Assembly: GCF_036404135.1 (NCBI RefSeq)
Contig: NZ_DASWPE010000039.1
Coordinates: forward strand, 3,219-67,218
DNA: 64,000 nucleotides
Direction of reading: 5' to 3'
DNA from: Rhodopseudomonas sp.
GTDB taxonomy: Bacteria; Pseudomonadota; Alphaproteobacteria; Rhizobiales; Xanthobacteraceae
Part shown: positions 1 through 9,416 of the stretch, piece after piece
Layout of the letters: the number at the start of each line of letters is the position of its first letter
Numbering within the stretch: the stretch's first letter is position 1
Made by a program: the position numbers and the translations under genes
The notes under the pieces: generated by a model
The model's input: only the letters and a program-made list of their open reading frames with translations
Told to the model about the DNA's origin: nothing
Databases searched by the model: none

Positions 1-46
1 GCGACACATTGACCGCGCGGCGGCCACTCTCCACATAAGCTCCCGC

Positions 47-790
47 ATGACACGCCAACCGACGCAACCTCCTTCGCGACCGCCGGCCTCGCGCGCCGGC
101 GCACTGCCGGACAGCACGATGTCGCCCTCCGAGGAGATCGCGGCGTTTGTCGCCAAGGCGCGGGCGATGTCGCCGCATGCCGCCGGCGCCAGGGGGCGGC
201 TGGTGTTCGCGCTCGACGCCACCATGAGCCGGCAGCCGACCTGGGACATGGCCTGCAGCCTGCAGGCGGAGATGTTCCGCGAGGCCGCAGCGCTCGGCAG
301 CCTGGACATCCGGCTGGTGTATTATCGCGGCATGAACGAGTGCCGCGCCAGCGGCTGGATCTCGGATTCCGCCAAACTGGCCGCGCTGATGGGCAAGATC
401 GATTGCCGCGGCGGCAACACCCAGATCGGCAAGGTGCTGTCGGAAGCCCGCCGCGATGCCGTGGCCGCGGGCGTGCGCGCGGTGGTGTTCGTCGGCGACG
501 CGATGGAAGAGTCGGCCGATCAGCTTTGCGTCAAGGCCGGCGAGTTGGGGCTGCTCAAGGTGCCGGTGTTCCTGTTCCAGGAAGGTCATGACGCCGCCGC
601 CGAACAGACCTTCCGCGAGATCGCGCGGCTCACCGGCGGGGCATGGTGCCGGTTCGATCCGGGCGCCGCGACGCAATTGCGCGACTTGCTGCGCGCCGCC
701 GCGGCCTATGCCGCCGGCGGCCGCGAGGCCTTGCAGCGGCTGTCGAGAACCGACGGCGGCGCGGCCAAGCTGCTTGACCAGATGAAGTGA
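47..790 (+). CDS. von Willebrand factor A (VWA) domain protein
   Basis: MIDAS-like LVFALDATMSR, later VVFVGDA; 247 aa ORF. Confidence 0.8.
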   Translation: MTRQPTQPPSRPPASRAGALPDSTMSPSEEIAAFVAKARAMSPHAAGARGRLVFALDATMSRQPTWDMACSLQAEMFREAAALGSLDIRLVYYRGMNECRASGWISDSAKLAALMGKIDCRGGNTQIGKVLSEARRDAVAAGVRAVVFVGDAMEESADQLCVKAGELGLLKVPVFLFQEGHDAAAEQTFREIARLTGGAWCRFDPGAATQLRDLLRAAAAYAAGGREALQRLSRTDGGAAKLLDQMK

Positions 791-845
791 GCGCGCGCCG
801 GACGCGGCTGCACAAAGCGGTGCATTTGCCGTCGGCCCGCACTAT

Positions 846-1583
846 ATGGGGGCCATGCCCACGCTGATCGCCGGCGTCGTCGCCGTCATAGTGCTGTATT
901 CGCTGCTGCAGATGTTCCGGGCCGCCAACCCGGCGGTGCTGGCACGTGGCATCAAGATCGGCGGCGGCGTGGTGACGCTGGCGGTGGCCGCGTTCACCGG
1001 GGTCAAGGGCGAACTGGCGGTGGCGATTCCGCTCGGCATCTTCGGCGCCGGGCTGCTCGGCTGGGCGCCGTTCGGCTCCAGCGCGTTCGGCAATCTCGGC
1101 ACGCTGTTCGGATCGTGGGGACAGCGCTCCGCGGGGCAGACCTCGCGGGTGGTGTCGCGCTACATCGAGATGAGTCTCGACCACGACAGCGGCGCCCTGA
1201 GCGGCCGTTTCCTGGCCGGCCCCTATGCCGGCCGCTCGCTCGACGAGTTCGATCTGCCGCAACTGGCGGCGCTGATTCCGTCGTTCGATGCCGAGAGCTG
1301 TGCGCTACTTGAAAGCTATCTTGACCGCCGGTTTCCCGCTTGGCGACAAAACGCGCAGGGCGAGGGGGCAGGGGGGCAGAGCCGCCAGACGTCGAGCGGC
1401 AAAATGACGGACGAGGAGGCCTATCAGATCCTTGGCCTGAAGCCGGGTGCGGGGCGCGCCGAAATCGGGCAAGCCCACCGTACGCTCATGAAGAAACTGC
1501 ATCCCGACCAAGGGGGGTCGACGTACCTTGCCGCCCGCGTAAACGCGGCCAAGGATACTTTGCTTCGCACTCATCGCAGCTAA
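846..1583 (+). CDS. Membrane-anchored DnaJ-domain protein
   Basis: N-terminal hydrophobic segments; C-terminal EAYQILGL...KKLHPDQGGS J-domain with HPD motif. Confidence 0.85.
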   Translation: MGAMPTLIAGVVAVIVLYSLLQMFRAANPAVLARGIKIGGGVVTLAVAAFTGVKGELAVAIPLGIFGAGLLGWAPFGSSAFGNLGTLFGSWGQRSAGQTSRVVSRYIEMSLDHDSGALSGRFLAGPYAGRSLDEFDLPQLAALIPSFDAESCALLESYLDRRFPAWRQNAQGEGAGGQSRQTSSGKMTDEEAYQILGLKPGAGRAEIGQAHRTLMKKLHPDQGGSTYLAARVNAAKDTLLRTHRS

Positions 1584-1847
1584 CTCCAGCACGCTACATA
1601 CGCTACCGACTGCGAGTTGCTTCTGGTCTCTGTTCAACGCCCCGGGGCCGCCCGCCGTTTGCCGGCGTGGTCAGCCCTCCGGATCCGTTGTATCGGCCAA
1701 TCCTTGATGAGTGGTTTTCAGCGGATAAATTTTATCGGTCGTCAACCATGACCGACCGCGTCTGCGCTGACACATGCCCGGTACCGGCGCGCAAGCCGGC
1801 AGCCGCGCGTCGCGTGAGACGGCGCCGGCCGCCGGCGCTTGGCGTCG

Positions 1848-3617
1848 TCAGTTCCTGATGGTGATGCAGGAAATCTCGGTGCGTTTCAGCGCGCGACACA
1901 CCGCCTCGGCCTGGTCGCGGTCGAGGCCGGCGAAGCGGGCGCGATACAGCTTCTTCTCGCCCTTGGCGACCGTCTCGGTGAACGGCTCTGCCTTGGCCAG
2001 CGTGCCGCGGGCCTGGTCGCGCGCCGCGTCGAGCCGGTGGCGGGCTTCGGTTTCGCTTTCCAGCGCGCCGACCTGGACGATCCAGCCGCTATGCGCCGCG
2101 GGCTTCACCGCGCCGTTCTGCTGAACCGCCTGCGGTTGTCCGCGCGACGGATCGGCATAGGCCATCGCCTGCGATGAGGGGGCGCCGGCGGCGGAGGCCG
2201 GCAGAACGCCGAGCACGCCCTGACCTGTGCCGTGGTTGAGCGGCTGCGGCGGCATCATCGGCCGCGACGGCTCGGCGCGATCCGCCTTGGCGATCATCGA
2301 CCCCGAGGTTTCGGCCACTTCGCTACGCGCCGGGATGGCGCTGGTGATCGGCGGCGCCGACGGCGACGGGCCGGCGGAGGCCAGTTTGATCGGTCCGGCC
2401 TTGACCTGCACCGTCTTCACCCGGACCGGCTTCATCGGCTCGTTGGCGCCGGGAATCGAGGCCTGCTGCTGCGATTGAACGACCCCGCTGTTGAGCGGGC
2501 CGGCTTCCGGCTTCTGGGCCGGCTGCGGTTGCGCCGGCGGGATCAGCGATCGCGCGGCCGCGGGGCGCGGGCCGCTGACCTCGGGCGTCGCCGAGGCGAC
2601 CTGCACCGGGGCCTGAACGGCGCCTTGCGCCTGGACCGTCTTGGTCGGGCGATCGTCCGCTTCGTCCTCGGCGACGTCGGCATTGGCCTCGGCGCCGCTG
2701 CGCTCGGCGATCGCGGCGACGGTGTGCCGGGTCGACGCCTTGTCCAGATTTTCGGCGAGCAAATTGCGCATGATGGCGTCGCGCGAACCGCCGCTGCGGC
2801 CGCCCAGCACCACGCCGACCAGATAGCGGTTGCCGCGGTGCATGGAGGTCACGAGATTGAAGCCGGAGGCGCGGGTATAGCCGGTCTTGATGCCGTCGAC
2901 GCCTTCGACACTGCCCACCAGCCGGTTATGATTGCGGATCGCGTTGCCGTGATAGTTGAAAACGCTGGTCGAGAAGAACCGATAATAGCGCGGGAAGCGC
3001 TCCTGGATGGCGCGGCCGAGCGTGGCCTGATCGCGCGCGGTGGTGACCTGGTCGTCGTCGGGAAGGCCGGAGGCGTTGCGGTACACCGTCCGCGTCATGC
3101 CGAGCGAGCGGGCCTTCTTGGTCATCAGCTTGGCGAAGTCGCCTTCGTCCCCGGCAATCGCTTCGGAGATCACCACGGCGGCGTCGTTGGCGGAACGCGT
3201 CACCAGCGCCTTGATGGCGTCCTCGACGCGGATGGTCTGGCCGGGGCGCAGGCCGAGCTTGGTCGGGGCCTGGACCGAGGCGTGTTCAGAGACGTCCATT
3301 TCGCTGTCGAGCTGCATCTTGCCGGATTCGAGACGCTCGAACAGCAAGTACAAGGTCATGATCTTGGTCAGCGACGCCGGGTGGCGCAGCCCGTCGGGAT
3401 TGTTGGCGGCGAGGATGTCGCCGGAATTGCCGTCGACCATGATCGAGGCAAAGGCCGGGTTGTAGCTTTCCGTCGCGGCGTGATGGCGGACATGGTGGCG
3501 CGCATGGTGACGGCGGGCATCGGCGGAGTTGGTGGTGGTGATCACGACCGCTGTGACGGTGGCCAGCCCGAGCACGCAGACCCGCAGGGCGCGCGAAACT
3601 GAGGTGATGCGATGCAT
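1848..3617 (-). CDS. D-alanyl-D-alanine carboxypeptidase (peptidase S11) with C-terminal SPOR domain
   Basis: PASLTK (SxxK), SAN (SxN) and KTG motifs; signal peptide; WIVQVGA...LYRARF SPOR domain. Confidence 0.9.
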   Translation of the reverse strand: MHRITSVSRALRVCVLGLATVTAVVITTTNSADARRHHARHHVRHHAATESYNPAFASIMVDGNSGDILAANNPDGLRHPASLTKIMTLYLLFERLESGKMQLDSEMDVSEHASVQAPTKLGLRPGQTIRVEDAIKALVTRSANDAAVVISEAIAGDEGDFAKLMTKKARSLGMTRTVYRNASGLPDDDQVTTARDQATLGRAIQERFPRYYRFFSTSVFNYHGNAIRNHNRLVGSVEGVDGIKTGYTRASGFNLVTSMHRGNRYLVGVVLGGRSGGSRDAIMRNLLAENLDKASTRHTVAAIAERSGAEANADVAEDEADDRPTKTVQAQGAVQAPVQVASATPEVSGPRPAAARSLIPPAQPQPAQKPEAGPLNSGVVQSQQQASIPGANEPMKPVRVKTVQVKAGPIKLASAGPSPSAPPITSAIPARSEVAETSGSMIAKADRAEPSRPMMPPQPLNHGTGQGVLGVLPASAAGAPSSQAMAYADPSRGQPQAVQQNGAVKPAAHSGWIVQVGALESETEARHRLDAARDQARGTLAKAEPFTETVAKGEKKLYRARFAGLDRDQAEAVCRALKRTEISCITIRN

Positions 3618-3876
3618 AAACGTCCCCGTCCGATTCTTAGTACATCAACGGTCCGTGAGGCTAAATTAAGCCCGACGCCCGCCGACCGTGCTGCAGGTTG
3701 CGTCGTGTTCGGTCCGCCGGCCCGGCAAGGTTTGTCACAGTTTCCGGCTAACTGGCTGTGTCCACGCGACTATTTATCTCAACGCGACATTCCAAGGGCA
3801 GGTTAGGCTGGCTGAGTTTCGAAAAGGTTAACCAACTGTTGCACGGCATCGTTGAATTGACCCTATACCCGACTTG

Positions 3877-3921
3877 TGCAGTGCACAATATTCTTGACAT
3901 TATTGTGCGGCGCACTATGTT
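3877..3921 (+). promoter_or_regulatory. Phasin promoter (TTGACA/TATGTT) with two PhaR-box-like sites
   Basis: TGCAGTGCACAA 3877-3888 and TGCGGCGCACTA 3906-3917 flank TTGACA 3894-3899; TATGTT 3916-3921. Confidence 0.65.
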
Positions 3922-3976
3922 CGCCTGGTGAAAAGCCGGGCCGCCCGGCGATAACAGTCTGGGAAAGGACTCGATC

Positions 3977-4315
3977 ATGGCCAACATTGAAGAGATCCAG
4001 CAGTACGGCAAAGAGCAGCTTGATACCGCCATTGCCTCGGCGAGTGGCGTGCAGAAGAGCTATCAGGCGATCGCCACTGCGGTCGGCGACTACACCAAGA
4101 AGTCGTTCGAGGACGGCAACGCCTTCGTCGAGAAGCTGTCGGCGGTCAAATCGATCGACAAGGCGATCGAGTTGCAAACCGAATACGCCAAAGCCACCTA
4201 CGAGACCTTCGTCGCCGAGTCGCAGAAGATCGCCGGCCTCTACACCGATCTGGCCAAGCAGAGCTTCAAGCCGCTCGAGAGCCTCGCTGCGAAATTCGTG
4301 CCGGCCGCGCGCTAA
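3977..4315 (+). CDS. phaP: Phasin (PHA granule-associated protein)
   Basis: 112 aa helical protein, IELQTEYAK...FVAESQKIAGLY phasin pattern; RBS AAGGA. Confidence 0.85.
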   Translation: MANIEEIQQYGKEQLDTAIASASGVQKSYQAIATAVGDYTKKSFEDGNAFVEKLSAVKSIDKAIELQTEYAKATYETFVAESQKIAGLYTDLAKQSFKPLESLAAKFVPAAR

Positions 4316-4339
4316 TCCAATTTCATTTCTGTTGAATGC

Positions 4340-4372
4340 AAAAGCCCGGCCGCAACGACGGCCGGGCTTTTT
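4340..4372. terminator. Bidirectional intrinsic terminator
   Basis: AAAAGCCCGGCCG-caacga-CGGCCGGGCTTTT between convergent genes. Confidence 0.85.
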
Positions 4373-4391
4373 GTTGCCTGAGGTGCAAACG

Positions 4392-5891
4392 CTATTGCGC
4401 CAGCCGCAGCTTGGTCAGCGACGAGCCGATCGACTGGAATGCCACCTCGATCTGGTCGGCGGTGGTCGACTGGTAGAACTGCCCGTCATTGGCGCATGAT
4501 TTCAGCACCGCCGAATCCGGGTCATTGGTGGTGTTGACCTGGATGGTATAGATCGTGACGCTGCCATTGGCGGCATTCTTGATGTTGTCGCACAGCGTCT
4601 TCTGTCGGTCGTCAACCTGGGACGCGTAGTCTGATCCGTTGCCGTACCAATAATCGATGGTGTTTTGTCCGTCAGATAACAAGATGATGGCGTCGGTGTA
4701 TTTGTAGTCGGCGTCCTTGGCGGGCGTATTGAGTGGATTGCCCTGCTGCAGCGCCATCCACGCCCAGTGCATGCCGATCGCCTGATTGGTGCCGCCGTTG
4801 GCCGCCAGATTGTTGATTTTGCCTTTCAGCGTCGCATCATTGGTGGAGCTGTCGGATTCGTTGGCATCATAAGCCGCGGTCATCGGCAGGATCGACGAAC
4901 TGCAGGCTGAGTAATTCTTGGCCACGAACAGCGTCGCCGGGTCTGTCGTGGTCGGTGTGGCCTTGGTGGTGTCGTTGTCGGCGGTGTGGTTCAGGTCGCG
5001 ATCGGTGACGCAGCCCTGCCAGGTCGTGGTTCGGGTTTCGGTCCAGGTCTTTCCTCTCGCCGTGCATGTGCTTGCGGTGGAGTATAGTAAGCTGCTGCAG
5101 GTGCCGAAGAAGGTCCAGGTCTTGTTCGCAGCTTTGCACAAGGCGGCGGTGGGATAGCTGGAGCTGCTGCAGCTGCCGTAGTCGCTGACGTCGTAATTCC
5201 TGTTGCTGGTATTAGTCAGCCGCGCATGCCAATCCAGCCAGGTGGCGGCGATATTGGTTTTCCCGACATTGACCATCTGATTGAATGGGATGATCGAGAT
5301 GTAGACGTCGGCGGTCTGGGTTGCCGACGCCTTCAACGTGTCGATCAGTTTTTTGGCCGCCGACTTCATTGCTGTCAATTTGCCGTTCTTATCCATTGAG
5401 CCGGTGACGTCGAGCGCCATCGCCACGCGCAGCCGGGTTGCGCCCCAGCTCGAGGTCGAGCTGGCCGCGAACGGCAGTGCCGTGAAGCCGGCGACCTTCA
5501 GGAAGGTTGTCGGCAGACTGCCGGAGGTGTTCATCACGATGGTCGAGGTGCCATCGGCGGACTTCGCCGTGTAAGTCGCCGTGACGGTGATATTGTTGAT
5601 GCCCGTGCTGGTGTACAGCGCGTTGAAGTACTTTTGCGCTGTGGCCTGGATGTCGCCGGCGGTGATGACGCCGGCCGCATAATCCTTCGACACCATCAGC
5701 GTGGCGGAATCCGCGGCGGCCTGCATCGCCGAGCGGGCCGCGGTGGCCTGGCTGTAGTCGACGGCGACGCCGACGAAACTGATCAAGGGGATGACGGCGA
5801 TGCCGAACAGCACCGCGATGTTGCCATTTTCGGCTGACCGAAAAGCCCTGGCCGCGCGGCGCAGCCGGCGAAGAGGTGAGGCGAGAGGCAT
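4392..5891 (-). CDS. TadE/TadG-family pilus assembly protein with VWA domain
   Basis: Prepilin-like GNIAVLFGIAVIPL...GVAVDYS; ALDVTGSM MIDAS, LLSDG; start at ATG 5891 after AGGAAA. Confidence 0.85.
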   Translation of the reverse strand: MPLASPLRRLRRAARAFRSAENGNIAVLFGIAVIPLISFVGVAVDYSQATAARSAMQAAADSATLMVSKDYAAGVITAGDIQATAQKYFNALYTSTGINNITVTATYTAKSADGTSTIVMNTSGSLPTTFLKVAGFTALPFAASSTSSWGATRLRVAMALDVTGSMDKNGKLTAMKSAAKKLIDTLKASATQTADVYISIIPFNQMVNVGKTNIAATWLDWHARLTNTSNRNYDVSDYGSCSSSSYPTAALCKAANKTWTFFGTCSSLLYSTASTCTARGKTWTETRTTTWQGCVTDRDLNHTADNDTTKATPTTTDPATLFVAKNYSACSSSILPMTAAYDANESDSSTNDATLKGKINNLAANGGTNQAIGMHWAWMALQQGNPLNTPAKDADYKYTDAIILLSDGQNTIDYWYGNGSDYASQVDDRQKTLCDNIKNAANGSVTIYTIQVNTTNDPDSAVLKSCANDGQFYQSTTADQIEVAFQSIGSSLTKLRLAQ

Positions 5892-6156
5892 GGCTTTTCC
5901 TGAATTCCGGTTCTTTGCGGTCATTTCGGGCGCATGCGATGAAGGCGGGGTAAAGATGTGCTGCAAAACAACGTTAATTGCCGTAGAATTCCGAGGTGAA
6001 ACGGGGCGGCGGTTCGGCCATTGTCAACGCCGGATGAATCGCCGATGGCTGATTCGGCGAAGTCGCCCCGGTTCCCGTTAACTTTCGGCCGGCGCCGCCG
6101 TCGCGCTGCCGGGAAGCGCTCCCCGTGACATTCCGGAATCGCTTTAAATCTCTGTG

Positions 6157-6186
6157 CTTGCGGCCAAGCTGATGCTGACCCATATT
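6157..6186 (+). promoter_or_regulatory. Putative RpoH (sigma32) promoter of clpS-clpA
   Basis: CTTG-N18-CCCATATT resembles the alphaproteobacterial heat-shock consensus. Confidence 0.4.
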
Positions 6187-6408
6187 CACGCCATCCGATC
6201 CAGTCGGCGGATCGGCCGCTGCCGTTGAGCGGCTCCCAAGAGGCTGGTTAGAACGCAATCGAGGGCCATATTGGGGGGCGCCTGCGGTTTGCCGTCAGTT
6301 GCCTCCCTGGATTTCGAACGCCTAAACATGCTGCACGCGACGTCACATCGAGCATATTCGCCCTTCAATCGGTCTGCGACGCAGCACCGCCTTTGCTCCG
6401 CTCCGCGT

Positions 6409-6741
6409 ATGGGCAATGACGAGGGCCGCTCCGGCGGTCCCGGCAACCCGGCAACCTCGGTCATCACCAAGGTCAAGCCGAAGACCAAGCGTCCCAATCT
6501 GTATCGCGTGTTGATCCTGAACGACGATTACACGCCGATGGAATTCGTCGTGCATGTGTTGGAGAAGTTCTTCCAGATGGATGTCGAAGCCGCCACCCAG
6601 GTGATGTTGCACGTGCATCATCATGGCATCGGCGAGTGCGGCGTGTTCACCTATGAGATCGCCGAAACAAAAGTAACGCAGGTGATGGATTTTGCCCGCA
6701 AGCACCAGCACCCTCTACAGTGCGTGATGGAAAAGAAGTGA
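6409..6741 (+). CDS. clpS: ATP-dependent Clp protease adaptor ClpS
   Basis: [18 protein letters not shown] motif; upstream of clpA; alternative start 6328. Confidence 0.95.
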   Translation: MGNDEGRSGGPGNPATSVITKVKPKTKRPNLYRVLILNDDYTPMEFVVHVLEKFFQMDVEAATQVMLHVHHHGIGECGVFTYEIAETKVTQVMDFARKHQHPLQCVMEKK

Positions 6742-6932
6742 CGCGGCCGGGATCGCTGCAATCTCGGAACGGGTCTTGCATTGATTGTTTTCGGCGGGCT
6801 GGACCTAAGCTCCGCGCTCGGCCCGCGCGGAACCGGACTTTCGCCAAGAGGTTGGATGACTATATGAGCAAGGTTGTTGTTGCCTGACCAAGCAACGGCG
6901 GCCATGATAGGCGGGGGCCACAGAGGACGAGA

Positions 6933-9344
6933 ATGCCAACATTTTCCCAGAGCCTTGAGCAATCCCTGCACCGCGCCCTCGCGATCGCGAACGAGCGCCA
7001 TCATCAATATGCGACGCTCGAGCATTTGCTGCTCTCGCTGGTGGACGATTCCGATGCCGCGGCGGTGATGCGGGCCTGCAGCGTCGATCTCGACAAGTTG
7101 CGCACCAGCCTCGTCAATTATCTCGAGACCGAATTCGAGAACCTGGTGACCGACGGCGCCGACGATGCCAAGCCGACCGCCGGTTTCCAGCGGGTGATCC
7201 AGCGCGCGGTGATCCACGTGCAGTCGTCCGGCCGCGAAGAAGTCACCGGCGCCAACGTGCTGATCGCGATCTTCGCCGAGCGCGAAAGCCACGCCGCGTA
7301 TTTCCTGCAGGAGCAGGACATGACGCGTTACGACGCCGTCAATTATATCAGCCATGGCATCGCCAAGCGGCCCGGAGTGTCCGAGGCGCGGCCGGTGCGC
7401 GGGGTTGATGAGGAAACCGAGACCAAGGGTGGCGACGACTCGAAAAAGAAAGGTGACGCTTTGGACACCTATTGCGTCAACCTCAACAAGAAGGCCCGCG
7501 ACGGCAAGATCGATCCGGTGATCGGCCGTAACGTCGAAATCAACCGCGCGATCCAGGTGCTGTGTCGCCGGCAGAAGAACAATCCGCTGTTCGTCGGCGA
7601 AGCCGGGGTCGGCAAGACCGCGATCGCCGAGGGTCTCGCCAAGCGCATCGTCGACTCGGAAGTGCCCGAGGTGCTCGCCGCCGCGACGGTGTTCTCGCTC
7701 GACATGGGCACGCTGCTCGCCGGCACGCGCTATCGCGGCGACTTCGAAGAACGCCTGAAGCAGGTGCTGAAGGAGCTGGAAGCACATCCCAACGCCATCC
7801 TGTTCATCGACGAGATCCACACCGTGATCGGCGCCGGCGCCACCTCCGGCGGTGCGATGGATGCCTCTAATCTGCTCAAGCCTGCCCTCGCATCGGGCAC
7901 CATCCGCTGCATGGGATCGACCACCTATAAGGAATACCGCCAGCACTTCGAGAAGGACCGCGCGCTGGTGCGGCGCTTCCAGAAGATCGACGTCAACGAG
8001 CCGACCGTCGAGGACGCGATCGCGATCCTCAAGGGGCTGAAGCCGTATTTCGAGGACTACCACAAGCTGAAATACACCAACGAGGCGATCGAGTCGGCGG
8101 TGCAGCTGTCATCGCGCTACATCCACGACCGCAAGCTGCCCGACAAGGCGATCGACGTGATCGACGAATCCGGCGCGGCGCAGATGCTGGTGGCGGAGAA
8201 CAAGCGCAAGAAGACCATCGGCATCAAGGAAATCGAGGCCACAGTGGCGACCATGGCGCGGATTCCGCCGAAGAGCGTCTCGAAGGACGACGCCGAAGTG
8301 CTGAAGCATCTCGAAACCACCTTGAAGCGCGTGGTGTTCGGGCAGGACAAGGCGATCGAGGCCTTGGCGGCGTCGATCAAGCTGGCGCGCGCCGGCTTGC
8401 GCGAGCCGGAGAAGCCGATCGGCTCCTATCTGTTCTCCGGCCCGACCGGCGTCGGCAAGACCGAAGTGGCCAAGCAGCTCGCGGCCTCGCTCGGCGTCGA
8501 GCTGATCCGCTTCGACATGTCGGAATACATGGAGCGCCACACCGTGTCGCGGCTGATCGGCGCGCCTCCGGGCTATGTCGGCTTCGACCAGGGCGGCTTG
8601 CTCACCGATGGCGTCGATCAGCACCCGCATTGCGTGGTGCTGCTCGACGAAATCGAGAAGGCGCATCCCGACCTCTACAACGTGCTGTTGCAGATCATGG
8701 ATCACGGCCGGCTGACCGACCATAACGGCAAGCAGGTCAACTTCCGCAACGTCATCCTGATCATGACGACCAATGCCGGCGCCGCCGATCTGGCCCGCCA
8801 GGCGTTCGGCTTCACCCGCAACAAGCGCGAAGGCGACGACCACGAGGCGATCAACCGGCAATTCGCGCCGGAATTCCGCAACCGTCTCGACGCCATCGTT
8901 TCGTTCGCGCACCTCAATGCCGACGTCATCGGCATGGTGGTGGAGAAGTTCGTGCTGCAGCTCGAGGCGCAGCTCGCCGATCGCGACGTCACCATCGAAC
9001 TGTCGGAGCCCGCCAAGGCCTGGCTTGTGCAGCACGGCTATGACGAGCAGATGGGCGCGCGGCCGATGTCGCGGGTGATCCAGGAGCACATCAAGAAGCC
9101 GCTGGCCGACGAGGTGCTGTTCGGCAAGCTGAAGGGCGGCGGCCATGTCCGTGTCGTTCTGGTCAAGGACGAAGCGGTGCCGGGTGTCGAACTGGAGAAG
9201 ATCGGCTTCGAATATCTCGAAGGCCCGGTGACGCCGAAGCCGGAGAAGCTGCCCGGCGCGCGCAAGCGCAGCGCCTCGCGCAAGCCGAAATCCGGCGGCG
9301 GCTCCGACGGGCCGTCCTCGAAGGGGCCGCTGGTCAAGGTTTGA
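6933..9344 (+). CDS. clpA: ATP-dependent Clp protease ATP-binding subunit ClpA
   Basis: Two AAA+ modules ([16 protein letters not shown]), Clp N-domain, AFGF ClpP-binding loop. Confidence 0.97.
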   Translation: MPTFSQSLEQSLHRALAIANERHHQYATLEHLLLSLVDDSDAAAVMRACSVDLDKLRTSLVNYLETEFENLVTDGADDAKPTAGFQRVIQRAVIHVQSSGREEVTGANVLIAIFAERESHAAYFLQEQDMTRYDAVNYISHGIAKRPGVSEARPVRGVDEETETKGGDDSKKKGDALDTYCVNLNKKARDGKIDPVIGRNVEINRAIQVLCRRQKNNPLFVGEAGVGKTAIAEGLAKRIVDSEVPEVLAAATVFSLDMGTLLAGTRYRGDFEERLKQVLKELEAHPNAILFIDEIHTVIGAGATSGGAMDASNLLKPALASGTIRCMGSTTYKEYRQHFEKDRALVRRFQKIDVNEPTVEDAIAILKGLKPYFEDYHKLKYTNEAIESAVQLSSRYIHDRKLPDKAIDVIDESGAAQMLVAENKRKKTIGIKEIEATVATMARIPPKSVSKDDAEVLKHLETTLKRVVFGQDKAIEALAASIKLARAGLREPEKPIGSYLFSGPTGVGKTEVAKQLAASLGVELIRFDMSEYMERHTVSRLIGAPPGYVGFDQGGLLTDGVDQHPHCVVLLDEIEKAHPDLYNVLLQIMDHGRLTDHNGKQVNFRNVILIMTTNAGAADLARQAFGFTRNKREGDDHEAINRQFAPEFRNRLDAIVSFAHLNADVIGMVVEKFVLQLEAQLADRDVTIELSEPAKAWLVQHGYDEQMGARPMSRVIQEHIKKPLADEVLFGKLKGGGHVRVVLVKDEAVPGVELEKIGFEYLEGPVTPKPEKLPGARKRSASRKPKSGGGSDGPSSKGPLVKV

Positions 9345-9416
9345 TCGGCAGACCGCACTCGCGACGAGTGAATGCGACGGGGCCGGCGAGCGATCGCCGG
9401 CCCCGTTGGTTTGGTC

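Noticed and set aside
1584-1847. Possible sRNA in the intergenic gap after the DnaJ-domain gene
   Set aside because: No recognisable family, promoter or clean terminator; cannot be supported from sequence alone
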